A DNA stretch of 64,000 nucleotides, taken from contig JANRKJ010000018.1 in the NCBI GenBank assembly GCA_033763515.1, forward strand, positions 67,379 through 131,378. The letters are read 5' to 3'. The translations under genes were made by a program, and so were the position numbers. Each line of letters begins with the position of its first letter. Position 1 is the first letter of the stretch. Shown here in pieces: positions 54,183 to 63,543 of the stretch. Source of the DNA: Terrimicrobiaceae bacterium. GTDB lineage: Bacteria; Verrucomicrobiota; Verrucomicrobiia; Chthoniobacterales; Terrimicrobiaceae. The notes below the pieces were generated by a model. It was given only the letters and a program-made list of their open reading frames with translations. It did no database searches and was not told the origin of the DNA.

Positions 54183-54899
54183 TCAGTGTCGCGGCGACAA
54201 ACGACGACGAACGAGAACGAGTCCGCAAACCGCAAGAACGAAGAGCATTGCCGTCCCGGGTTCCGGAACCAGCGAAAGCTGCGCAGCGGTGGGACCGGTA
54301 TTGTCTCCATCACCGGTCGCCGTGTTGAGAAATCCGATCGAAGGATCACCGCCCACGTTCACGCTGGAAAAGGAAGCACCGATGGCGAACTGCGTCTCCT
54401 GCGCGGCATGGATGGCGGCCAACGCATTCTCATTGAGGGTGATGTGCAGATAGGTTCCAGCGATACCCGGATTGGAGACAATCGCTGTGCCGAAGACGTC
54501 CCCGCTGCCGAGGTCTGCGAAGATCGCCTCTCCTTCAGGACTGTCGACATCGTGGGAAGCAATCAAATCCGGCACGGCAGTAGAGATACTCCACAACGTC
54601 AATGGCTCACTGGGAAGCGTGCTGAAGAAGCTCCCCGGCGGCATCCAAAGGCGCAGCGAACCCGCAAGAGCCGGTTCGCTCAGCAAAGGAATCTCGAAGA
54701 CGAAGAAACTGCGATACTCGTTGCCATCCCAACCGGTCAGATACCCATCGAAGCCATCCGTATGAAAACCATTATCGAGATAGAAACCACGGTACGATGC
54801 ATCAATGGCCACCGCCCGGGCGTTGGTTGATGTGGCGCCAAGGACTGCTATGGCAAATCCAACCGCGAGACATGGCAGGGAGAACAACGACTTAGCCAT
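54183..54899 (-). CDS. PEP-CTERM sorting-domain protein (exosortase cargo)
   Basis: Signal peptide MAKSLFSLPCLAVGFAIAVLGATSTNARA. The C-terminus VPEPGTAMLFVLAVCGLVLVRRR is the PEP motif plus TM helix plus Arg cluster. Confidence 0.85.
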   Translation of the reverse strand: MAKSLFSLPCLAVGFAIAVLGATSTNARAVAIDASYRGFYLDNGFHTDGFDGYLTGWDGNEYRSFFVFEIPLLSEPALAGSLRLWMPPGSFFSTLPSEPLTLWSISTAVPDLIASHDVDSPEGEAIFADLGSGDVFGTAIVSNPGIAGTYLHITLNENALAAIHAAQETQFAIGASFSSVNVGGDPSIGFLNTATGDGDNTGPTAAQLSLVPEPGTAMLFVLAVCGLVLVRRRLSPRH

Positions 54900-55091
54900 G
54901 GATCGCTTTTAAGGAAAAGCCGTCCTTCGGTAAAACAAAAACCCCGGGCAATGCTTGCAACCGTTTGCGTTTCACAGAGTGACTGCGGCACGCCTTGTTC
55001 CCCGCCCTCGGGTTCGGGCACTAATTAACGTTTGCTCTTCTTCTCCTTAGCAACCGGGCGCATAAACAATCCACCCGACACGGAAATTTTT

Positions 55092-58000
55092 TTAATGGGC
55101 TGACGATTGGGACGCCTGCGGATCCTCGGTTCTGCGGAAGAATGGAACGCGGTCGAGGTATTTGTCCTGGAATCGTTCCATGTAAACGTAGAACACAGGC
55201 GTGCAGAAAAGGGTGAGCACCTGAGCCACCAAAAGGCCGCCGACGATGCAGAGGCCCATTGGCTGGCGCGACGCGCCGTCCGCTCCCAAGCCGAGCGCCA
55301 TCGGAAGTGCTCCCAGGACGGCTGCGAATGTGGTCATGAGAATCGGCCGGATGCGCTCGACAGCGGCTTCGATCGCAGCAGCTTCGACGCTGAGGCCGTC
55401 CCGCAGACGCATGATTGCGAAATCAACCAACATGATCCCGTTCTTCTTGATCAGCCCGAGCAAGAGGAAAAGCCCGATGAAGCCATAGAGATCGAGCGGC
55501 ATGCCGAGGAACCAGATCGTCGCGAGACCGCCCAAACCCGCGACCGGCAGGGTGGAGAGAACGGTCAGCGGATGGATGTAGCTCTCATACAAGATGCCGA
55601 GGATCACATACATGACGAAGAGGGCGATTACGAGCAGGACCATCATGGCCTGGATCGTCTGCTGAAATTGTTGGCCGGCGCCGGCGGCCTGCCCCGCCAC
55701 TGCAGGCGGGATCAACTCTCTGGCAATGTCGTTCAGGGCGTCCGACGCCGTGCCCGCGGGCACGCCCGGTGCCAGATTGTAGAAGATCGTCGTCGAAGTG
55801 ATCTGGTTCACATGGCTGATGGATTCCGGCCCGGTGCGCAATTTCGGTCGCACCAGGGAACCCATCGGCACCAAATCACCCTGATTGTTTCGCACCCAGA
55901 GAAGCTGCACGTTGGAAAGGTTTCTCCGCTGGCTTTCGATCAGTTCAACGATCACCCAATAGACGTTCAACGGAGTCTGGATCTGACCTGCCATCCCTTG
56001 CGCAAAAGCGGCGGCAAGCGTTTGCTCGATTTGCTCGGCGGTAACTCCGTAGCTCGATGCCTGATCCCGCAGGATTTCGAGCTCCTCGACAGGCATGTTC
56101 ATCCGGAGGTCGCTGGAAACCTGTGCGAACGCCGGGTTGGTCTTCATGCGATCGACCATGCTCCGGGCCGTGCGGTAGAGCAGATCCGGATCGGTTCCGG
56201 TCATTTGGAATGCAAACTGTCCCTGAAGGTTGGCCGTGGCGCCGGTGTCGATATTGAGGGTGGGGAACGGTTGGATTAACAACTGGACGCCGGGGACGAC
56301 TTGAGCGGCTTTGGTGATGAGACGTTGGGAAACCTCGGCAATCGGCGGTCTTTTTGACTCATCCTTCAAGATGACAACCACCAGCCCCATCGACGTGGTC
56401 ATGTTGGAATTTTGCAGTCCCGTGACAGTCACAACTTCGGAGACCGCCGGGTCGTTCTCAAAGATGCGCATGAGGGCCGACTGGTATTCCTGGATCTTCG
56501 CCGGTGATGTTCCTTCCTGTGTGAGGAAGACCCCGCGGACCATTCCGCTGTCACCAACGGGCAAAAAGCCTTTCGGGATCACCACCAGCAGCCAGACGGT
56601 GCCGGCGAGCGAAGCAACCCAGATCAGAACGGCGAGCGGCTTGAACTTCATCATCCATGCCAGGGCGCGACGATAGCCGTCCTTGAAGCGGTCAAATCGC
56701 CGGTCGAAGCCACGCTGCCAGCGGTTCGGTGTGGCGGAGGCCCGGAGCAACCGCGCGCAGATCATTGGCGACAAGGCGATCGCGATCACTCCGGAAAACA
56801 CGATGGCGAGAACGATCGTCACGGCCATCTCATGGAACATCCGCCCGAGCAGACCGGGCATGAAGACAATTGGAATGAAGATCGACGCCAGCGAAAGCGT
56901 CATCGAGAGGACGGTAAAGCTGATCTCTCGTGCGCCGAGCAACGCTGCTTCGACCGGCGGTTTTCCGGCATCGAGATGCCTCACCGTGTTCTCCAAAACC
57001 ACCACGGCATCGTCGACGAGAAGCCCGACCGCCAGCGTCAGCGCCATGAGCGAAAGATTGTCGAGGCTGTAGCCCAGCAACAACATGGCCGCAAACGTCA
57101 TGAGCAGGGCCAACGGAAGCGCAATGGTCGGAATCGCGGTCTCGCGGACCCGGCCCAGAAAGACAAACACAACGAGAACGACGAGCGCGAATGCGATCAG
57201 GATGGTGAGTTTGACGTCGTTGATGCTCTCGACGATCTGGACGGATCGGTCGTAATTGATCCACGAATCGATCGAAGCCGGCAGCGAGGGCTGGAGTTTC
57301 TCGAGCATCGCGCTGACCGCTGCGGCGACGGCCACGTCGTTTGCGCCGGGAGCGGGCGTGACGGCCACCACGAGTTCGGCGGCGCGTTCCGGATGTTCGT
57401 CGGTCCAGAACTCGATGTTGAGGTACTCCTGTTGAACCGCGTCACGCGCCGCAGCGACATCGCGGATACGGACCGGTGCGCCGTTCACATAGCGGATGAT
57501 GATATCCTCAAAATCAGCCGCTTTCAGAAGCTGGCCCTTGGGATTGATGATGTACTGGATGTTCGGACCAAAAATCTGGCCTCCGGGAATCAGGACGTTC
57601 TGGCTCTGAACCGCATTCGTCACGTCCAACATGGTCAGGCCGCGAGAGGCCAGAGCGTTTGCATCGACGCTCAGTGTAACGGCACGGGGCGAACCATAGA
57701 CCTGGGCGTTCGAGACACCTTCGATCATCATCATGCGCTGGGCGACGATGTTGTTCGCGTAATCGTAAAGGTCGGGCCGCGTGAGCGTGTCCGACGTCAG
57801 CGTGATGTAGACGATCGGCTGCGTGTTGGGGTTGGTTGTCTGGAAACTCGGGGGCGACGGCAGGTCGTTCGGCAAATTGCCCATGGCCCGTTGGATCGCC
57901 GCCTGCACTTCCGCCTCCGCGCGGCCCATGTCCTTGTCGAGACCGAACTGAAGCACGATATTGCTCACGCCTTCCTGGTTCCGCGAGGTGATCAGATGCA

Positions 58001-58229
58001 GGTCCTCGATCTGCATCATTTGGATTTCCAGCGGCGTCGAAACGTTGTTCGCCATGATCTCCGGGCTCGCACCGGGATAATTCGTCGTCACGGAGATGAC
58101 CGGATACGCCACGTCCGGAAGGTCGCTGACGGGAAGAAGGAAATACGAAACCAATCCAAAGATCGCCGCCGACAACGCACAGAGCGTCGTCATCACCGGA
58201 CGCCGGATGAACGGCTCGGAGAGATTCAT
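55092..58229 (-). CDS. RND family efflux transporter permease (AcrB/MdtB-like)
   Basis: 1045 aa starting MNLSEPFIRRPVMTTL. It has the 12-TM/2-large-loop RND layout. Confidence 0.93.
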   Translation of the reverse strand: MNLSEPFIRRPVMTTLCALSAAIFGLVSYFLLPVSDLPDVAYPVISVTTNYPGASPEIMANNVSTPLEIQMMQIEDLHLITSRNQEGVSNIVLQFGLDKDMGRAEAEVQAAIQRAMGNLPNDLPSPPSFQTTNPNTQPIVYITLTSDTLTRPDLYDYANNIVAQRMMMIEGVSNAQVYGSPRAVTLSVDANALASRGLTMLDVTNAVQSQNVLIPGGQIFGPNIQYIINPKGQLLKAADFEDIIIRYVNGAPVRIRDVAAARDAVQQEYLNIEFWTDEHPERAAELVVAVTPAPGANDVAVAAAVSAMLEKLQPSLPASIDSWINYDRSVQIVESINDVKLTILIAFALVVLVVFVFLGRVRETAIPTIALPLALLMTFAAMLLLGYSLDNLSLMALTLAVGLLVDDAVVVLENTVRHLDAGKPPVEAALLGAREISFTVLSMTLSLASIFIPIVFMPGLLGRMFHEMAVTIVLAIVFSGVIAIALSPMICARLLRASATPNRWQRGFDRRFDRFKDGYRRALAWMMKFKPLAVLIWVASLAGTVWLLVVIPKGFLPVGDSGMVRGVFLTQEGTSPAKIQEYQSALMRIFENDPAVSEVVTVTGLQNSNMTTSMGLVVVILKDESKRPPIAEVSQRLITKAAQVVPGVQLLIQPFPTLNIDTGATANLQGQFAFQMTGTDPDLLYRTARSMVDRMKTNPAFAQVSSDLRMNMPVEELEILRDQASSYGVTAEQIEQTLAAAFAQGMAGQIQTPLNVYWVIVELIESQRRNLSNVQLLWVRNNQGDLVPMGSLVRPKLRTGPESISHVNQITSTTIFYNLAPGVPAGTASDALNDIARELIPPAVAGQAAGAGQQFQQTIQAMMVLLVIALFVMYVILGILYESYIHPLTVLSTLPVAGLGGLATIWFLGMPLDLYGFIGLFLLLGLIKKNGIMLVDFAIMRLRDGLSVEAAAIEAAVERIRPILMTTFAAVLGALPMALGLGADGASRQPMGLCIVGGLLVAQVLTLFCTPVFYVYMERFQDKYLDRVPFFRRTEDPQASQSSAH

Positions 58230-59329
58230 TTCGTGGCCACCGGAGAAGGTGTGGGCACCGGCTGCGGGGAAATCTTCTTGCCGGTGACCAGCCCAAGCTG
58301 GCCCGCCGTCACGACCCGCTCGCCGGCGGAAACCCCCTGCGCGACCACGACATCGTCTCCCTGCCTTTGGCTGGTCTCAACCGGGCGGAGCGTGACGGAA
58401 TCATCGGCGTTGACGACGAAGACATAGGGTCCTTGCTGACCAACCATCACGCACGAAGCAGGAACAAGCACAGCGTCGTTGAGCGTGGTGAGAATCAGGC
58501 TCACGTTAACGAAGAGCCCGGGCCAAAGCCTCCCGTCCGAATTGGGAAACGTCGCCCGCAGCAGCAGCGTGCCGGTCGAACTGGAAATAGCGTTGTCGAT
58601 GACGGTGAGTTTCCCCGCGATCGGACCGCCCGCATCGCCCGGGATCTTGCATTCGACGTCCAGTGAGCCACTCGCCAAGTATCCGCGCACCGACGGAAAC
58701 GCGTTCTCCGGAATGGTGAAATCGACAAAGATCGGATCGATGGTTTGGATATTGAGAAGTTTCGACTGATTGGCCGTGGCCAGATTGCCAGCGTCCAGGA
58801 GATAGATGCCGGTTTTGCCTGAGACCGGTGCGGTGATCCGGCAGTATCCCAAGTTGATTTGTGCCTGCGCCAACTGGCCCTGTGCGGTGAGGACATCGCC
58901 CTGCGCGCGCAGTTCGTTCGCTTCGGCGTTCTGAAGGTCGGCAATATCGATCGTCCGGGTTTCGTAGAGTTTCTGCTGCCGGGCGAGAGTCACCTGTGCA
59001 TTGGCGAGCGTTGCCTTGGCGGCATCGAGATTGCCCTGGGCCTCCTCGACGGCTGCTTGGAAGGGGGCCGGATCAATCTCTGCGATCAGGTCGCCCGACT
59101 TGACCATGCTACCCTGCTCGACAGCGTAGCGCAGGAGGTTTCCGGTCACCTGCGGCTGCAGGGTGACGTCGGCAATCGTCACGCAGTTTCCGAATGTCTC
59201 CAATGTCAGCGGAACATTTTGAACCGTCGCCGTGGCAACCGTGACCGGCGGCGGGGGCACGACAGCGTCCGGCTTTTTGCCGCACCCGGCGAGCAAGGCG
59301 ATCCCGACCGCGAGTGTCAAAGCCCTCAT
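58226..59329 (-). CDS. RND efflux periplasmic adaptor (membrane fusion protein), lipoprotein
   Basis: Lipobox LLAGC after MRALTLAVGIA. It has coiled-coil hairpin and barrel-sandwich regions. ATGA overlap with the permease at 58226-58229. Confidence 0.88.
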   Translation of the reverse strand: MRALTLAVGIALLAGCGKKPDAVVPPPPVTVATATVQNVPLTLETFGNCVTIADVTLQPQVTGNLLRYAVEQGSMVKSGDLIAEIDPAPFQAAVEEAQGNLDAAKATLANAQVTLARQQKLYETRTIDIADLQNAEANELRAQGDVLTAQGQLAQAQINLGYCRITAPVSGKTGIYLLDAGNLATANQSKLLNIQTIDPIFVDFTIPENAFPSVRGYLASGSLDVECKIPGDAGGPIAGKLTVIDNAISSSTGTLLLRATFPNSDGRLWPGLFVNVSLILTTLNDAVLVPASCVMVGQQGPYVFVVNADDSVTLRPVETSQRQGDDVVVAQGVSAGERVVTAGQLGLVTGKKISPQPVPTPSPVATK

Positions 59330-59376
59330 TGACGGCCGGGAATAACAAGTCGGTCGCCACTCCGCCAGAAGCAAGT

Positions 59377-62112
59377 TCACACGGAGAGAAGAATCCGGCG
59401 GGCCTCCGCCAGAGCATCGGAAACCTTCGCGACGTCGCGGCCACCACCGCGGGCCCCATCGGGCCGTCCCCCACCCTTGCCACCGACCATGGGAGCGATC
59501 GCCTGGATGAGTTTGCCGGCTTGCACCTTCGCCGTAAACGAGGGAGCCACTCCGGCGACCAGGCCGACTGATCCTCCTCCGCTGCCAGCGAGTACGACAG
59601 CGCCTTCGAATGTTCCCTTCAGTGCATCCGCGACGGCCTGCAGGAAATCGGCTTCGACCGCTCCGAGGTCGGCGACCAGGAACGGGACAGCACCGCTCCG
59701 GTCCGCGTTCAACGCGAGGTCACGTGCACGGGCCATGGCTTCGCGCGCCATCGCCGCCTGCAGGGATTTTTCGAGTTCCTTTTGCGTGTGGAGCAAAGCT
59801 TCGATCTTCTTCTCGATTTCGGAGACGGGCGCATTCAACGCCGCCGCGATCCGGTGCAATCGGCGGGCATCACCGGCGCTGGCACTGGCGGCTTCCAAAC
59901 CGGCGACGGCTTCGATGCGCCGCACACCGGCGGCAATGGCGGCCTCCGAGACAATCCGGAAGAGACCGATCTGACCGGTGGCACGGACGTGCGTTCCGGC
60001 ACAGAGTTCCATCGAATAGCCGTTGAGATTTCCAGTTTCTCCGCCGATCTGAACGACGCGGACGATGTCGCCGTATTTGTCTCCAAAAAATTGCATGACG
60101 TCCGCCCGTCCGCGGACGTCCGCGTAGGGGACCTCGGTCCACGAAACGCTGGCGTTCTCGAGAATGCGTTCATTGACGAGACGCTCGATATCACTCACCT
60201 GCGCCGGCGTGAGGGCACCGCTATTGAAGTCAAAGGTGAGCTTGTCCGGTCCGACGAACGATCCCTTTTGGGTGGCTTCCTTGGAGACAACTTCGTGAAG
60301 CGCCCAGTGGAGCAAATGCGTCACGCTATGGTGACGTTCGATGGCGGCCCGCCGCGACTGGTCGACCTGCAGCAGCAGTTCCATGTCTTCCTCGGGAGCT
60401 TCATTTTCCTCGAGCAGGTGCAACCAGGTTTGACCGGATTTCCGGGTGTTGCTGATTCGCCAGATGCGCCCGTGACCCTCCAGTTCGCCGGTGTCGCCAA
60501 CCTGACCGCCCATTTCCGCGTAGCACGTGCTTGCATCCAGAATGACGGCGGCCCGGTCTTTGAGCATGACCGTCTCGAGGACGCGCACCGGCAGAGCCAT
60601 TTTCTCGTAGCCCTCGAACTTCGTCGGTTCCTTGGTCTCGATCTCGGAGAGTTCGATAACCGTCTTCTTCTGAGCGGCGCGGGCGCGGGTCCGCTGCTCG
60701 TCCATGAGCGCTTCGAAGCCCGTGGTGTCGACATTCAGGCCGCGCTCACGCGCCATCAATTCGGTGAGGTCGAGCGGGAATCCCTGTTCATCGTAAAGCC
60801 GGAAAGCAAACGCTCCGGGAATCGTCCGGGTCTTTTGGCTCTCGAGTTTTGCGACTTCCGAATTGAAGAGTTCAATGCCGTTGTCGAGCGTCCGGTTGAA
60901 CGCTTCTTCTTCGCGGCGAAGGACGTCTTCGATGTGCTTTTGACGCTTTTGAATCTCGGGAAATACACCGCCCATGTGCCGCACGAGAACATCCACCAAC
61001 TTGTAGAAAAAGGGCTCGTGGAAGCCGAGCGTGCGCCCGTAGCGAACGGCCCGGCGGAGAATGCGCCGCAGAACGTAGTTGCGGTCCGAGTTGCCCGGCT
61101 GGATGCCGTCCGCGATCGCGAAGGACAAAGTCCGGATGTGGTCGGCGATGACGCGGAATGCCACATCGGTTTTTTCCTGGTCCGTGTGACCGGTCGATCC
61201 GGCGGCCGGGAGGGTCGATCCGTAATGCCGGCTACTGAGTTTTTCGAGTTCGTCAAAGATCGGACGGAAGACGTCGGTCTCATAGTTGGAGATCCGTGCA
61301 TTGGCGAATTCGGTGAACCCCTTGGTGCCTTGGATGATCGAGCAAACGCGCTCGAAGCCCATGCCGGTATCCACGTGCTTCGCCGGCAGCGGCGAAAACG
61401 AACCGTCCGGATTCGCATTGAACTGGATGAAGACGAGGTTCCAAATCTCGATGCACTCGGCACTTCCCTGATTCACGAGCGCACCGCGTGTGTCTCCGGC
61501 CGGCGTGAGGTCGACGTGGAGTTCCGAACACGGTCCGCAGGGCCCGGTATCGCCCATCATCCAGAAGTTGTCTTTCTTGTTCCCATTGACAATGTGAACG
61601 GCCGGGTCCAGACCGGCAGCGCGGAACCGCCCGGCCCAGAGTTCCCAAGCCTCCTCGTCACGCTCGGCCGGATCGCCCGCGGACTTGTCGGGATTGTAGA
61701 TCGTGGCGTAGAGCCGGTGCGGCGGGAACTTCCAGTGTTCAACAATCAGGTCCCATGCCCAGGCGATGGCGTCCGCCTTGAAATAGTCGCCGAACGACCA
61801 GTTTCCGAGCATCTCGAAGAACGTGTGGTGATAGGTATCGAGCCCAACGTCATCGAGGTCGTTGTGCTTGCCACCCGCGCGGATGCATTTCTGCGTGTCG
61901 GCCGCCCGCGTGTCGGAAGCCGGATGCGCACCAGCCCACCGCGAAACATCGGGCGCCTTTTGTCCGAGAAAAATCGGAACGAATTGATTCATCCCCGCAT
62001 TGGTGAAAAGCAGGTTGGGTGAATCGGGCATCAGGCTCGACGATGGTACGATCGTGTGAGCACGGCGGTGGAAGAAATCGAGGAATGACTGGCGGATTTC
62101 GGCGGACGTCAT
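59377..62112 (-). CDS. alaS: Alanine--tRNA ligase
   Basis: MTSAEIRQSFLDFFHRRAHTIVPSSSL, FTNAGMNQF, the HHTFFEMLGNWSFGDYFK signature, and editing domain HxxxH (HSVTHLLHWAL). ATG at 62110-62112. Confidence 0.95.
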   Translation of the reverse strand: MTSAEIRQSFLDFFHRRAHTIVPSSSLMPDSPNLLFTNAGMNQFVPIFLGQKAPDVSRWAGAHPASDTRAADTQKCIRAGGKHNDLDDVGLDTYHHTFFEMLGNWSFGDYFKADAIAWAWDLIVEHWKFPPHRLYATIYNPDKSAGDPAERDEEAWELWAGRFRAAGLDPAVHIVNGNKKDNFWMMGDTGPCGPCSELHVDLTPAGDTRGALVNQGSAECIEIWNLVFIQFNANPDGSFSPLPAKHVDTGMGFERVCSIIQGTKGFTEFANARISNYETDVFRPIFDELEKLSSRHYGSTLPAAGSTGHTDQEKTDVAFRVIADHIRTLSFAIADGIQPGNSDRNYVLRRILRRAVRYGRTLGFHEPFFYKLVDVLVRHMGGVFPEIQKRQKHIEDVLRREEEAFNRTLDNGIELFNSEVAKLESQKTRTIPGAFAFRLYDEQGFPLDLTELMARERGLNVDTTGFEALMDEQRTRARAAQKKTVIELSEIETKEPTKFEGYEKMALPVRVLETVMLKDRAAVILDASTCYAEMGGQVGDTGELEGHGRIWRISNTRKSGQTWLHLLEENEAPEEDMELLLQVDQSRRAAIERHHSVTHLLHWALHEVVSKEATQKGSFVGPDKLTFDFNSGALTPAQVSDIERLVNERILENASVSWTEVPYADVRGRADVMQFFGDKYGDIVRVVQIGGETGNLNGYSMELCAGTHVRATGQIGLFRIVSEAAIAAGVRRIEAVAGLEAASASAGDARRLHRIAAALNAPVSEIEKKIEALLHTQKELEKSLQAAMAREAMARARDLALNADRSGAVPFLVADLGAVEADFLQAVADALKGTFEGAVVLAGSGGGSVGLVAGVAPSFTAKVQAGKLIQAIAPMVGGKGGGRPDGARGGGRDVAKVSDALAEARRILLSV

Positions 62113-62172
62113 GGTATGGGCGAACGGGAAGGAAAAACGGAACCGGGCGGCATGACAACCCAATCCGTGCGA

Positions 62173-63543
62173 CTAGGGCGAAGACCAGGCGGCGGGATCG
62201 GCCGAAAGCAGCTCGAGGATCGTCGCCGGTGCGAAGGCGATTTCGGGAGAACCGGAAACATGGACAGCGACCGTTGCGTCCTCGCGAGGCGCCGAAAAGG
62301 CGATCTCCTGAACCAACTGCTCGCCGGCGGGCGCTTCCGGAGTGTTCTCGGAAACGACGGAAAGAAAGGCGATTCGCGACGGCGGCGTCCGCAAGCCGTT
62401 TGCGTCCAGGCGGGCTTCTCCCGCATCCTCCATGCGCGTCGCGGCTGTTTCAGCGAGAGCGGCGACGAGACGGTCGACGGCAACGGCGCTCGCGCTCGCT
62501 GTGAGATCTCCGACGGTGGCGGTCCAGGCCTCGCCGGAGCGGGTCAACTCGAGCGTTCTCCCGTTGGTTACGATTCGGATCTTGTCGATGACATCGAGAT
62601 TGATCCGGGAGAGTGCGGGGTCGCGAAACTTGGCAAACTCCGTCGTGAGCAGGCTCCGGGCCGCATCCGGCATTCGGAAGACCACCCCTCGCGGGTCGTA
62701 TCGAGCAAACCACAGACCTTCGCCCGCGGGTTCGCCGATCGAAAGTGTTTCGGGTTCCCTCTCACCTTCGGCAAAAAGCCGGACCTCAAGCCGCGGTTCC
62801 GCCAAGCCGGTCTCGGGGGCCTCTGCCCGCCCGCTGCCGACAAACCCTTCGGCTTGGAGACGGACGACTTTGGAAAGAAAATCCTCGACCGCGGCCGGAT
62901 TGGCAGGCGCGTTCATCGGCCGCACAATCCTCCATCCTGACGCCTCGCGTCGAACCTCGAGTTCGCCCATCGGTTGGCGGATGATGAATCGTTCGATGCG
63001 TTCCGGCCGGAGCAACGTCAATCGCCGGTCCCGAAAATCCGCTGGCGGCGTGGACACTGCGCGATACAGGTCGTCATTGACCAGATAAACATCGTCCGAT
63101 TCCTCGAAGCGCACATAAATGCGGGACTCGTCGGCGCCGTCTTTTCCGAAGAGCAGCGGATGATCGCCGTCGCCGCGAAAATCCAGGGTGACCCGACTTT
63201 TCCGGACACCAAACTCCGCGAGTTGGTCACTGTCATGAATCTCCGACGCCGGCACCCGGTCCAGCACGACCGTCGACCGGGCGATCTCAAGCAGGCGTGC
63301 GACCATTTCCGCAGAGGCACGGTCGTCTGGCTCCGGCGAGATCTGCCAACCACGGTCGGAGCGCCGGATTTCGAAGCGGTCGTCGCCGTTGCTGATCGTG
63401 ATTCCGCGGATGTCCTCCGGCCCGAACTCAAACAACGCACCGCCGACGGACTTCGCCGCGGAGCCGCCCCGAAGGAAGATGATGGCAAGGACCACCGCCG
63501 CCATGGCGACCAGAACCAGGAAAACCGTGGCGACGCGGCTCAT
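62173..63543 (-). CDS. DUF4340 domain protein (partner of GldG-like ABC accessory proteins)
   Basis: N-terminal TM anchor MSRVATVFLVLVAMAAVVLAIIFL followed by repeated beta-rich modules. It sits directly after a GldG-like gene with an ATGA overlap, which is the usual DUF4340 context. Confidence 0.65.
   Translation of the reverse strand: MSRVATVFLVLVAMAAVVLAIIFLRGGSAAKSVGGALFEFGPEDIRGITISNGDDRFEIRRSDRGWQISPEPDDRASAEMVARLLEIARSTVVLDRVPASEIHDSDQLAEFGVRKSRVTLDFRGDGDHPLLFGKDGADESRIYVRFEESDDVYLVNDDLYRAVSTPPADFRDRRLTLLRPERIERFIIRQPMGELEVRREASGWRIVRPMNAPANPAAVEDFLSKVVRLQAEGFVGSGRAEAPETGLAEPRLEVRLFAEGEREPETLSIGEPAGEGLWFARYDPRGVVFRMPDAARSLLTTEFAKFRDPALSRINLDVIDKIRIVTNGRTLELTRSGEAWTATVGDLTASASAVAVDRLVAALAETAATRMEDAGEARLDANGLRTPPSRIAFLSVVSENTPEAPAGEQLVQEIAFSAPREDATVAVHVSGSPEIAFAPATILELLSADPAAWSSP

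Noticed and set aside
54900-55091. 192-nt lower-GC spacer between the RND permease and the PEP-CTERM gene as a possible riboswitch or sRNA
   Set aside because: Only weak 4-bp stems are visible, and I recognise no conserved riboswitch core. It is most simply the promoter/5' UTR of the PEP-CTERM gene.
55107-58427. Two long plus-strand ORFs (55107-56279 and 56832-58427)
   Set aside because: Both lie antisense to the RND permease and adaptor. They are Arg/His/Asp-rich with no domain signatures.
59782-62022. 746-aa plus-strand ORF
   Set aside because: It lies antisense to the unambiguous alaS gene. It has low-complexity Arg/Gly/Val-rich composition and no motifs.
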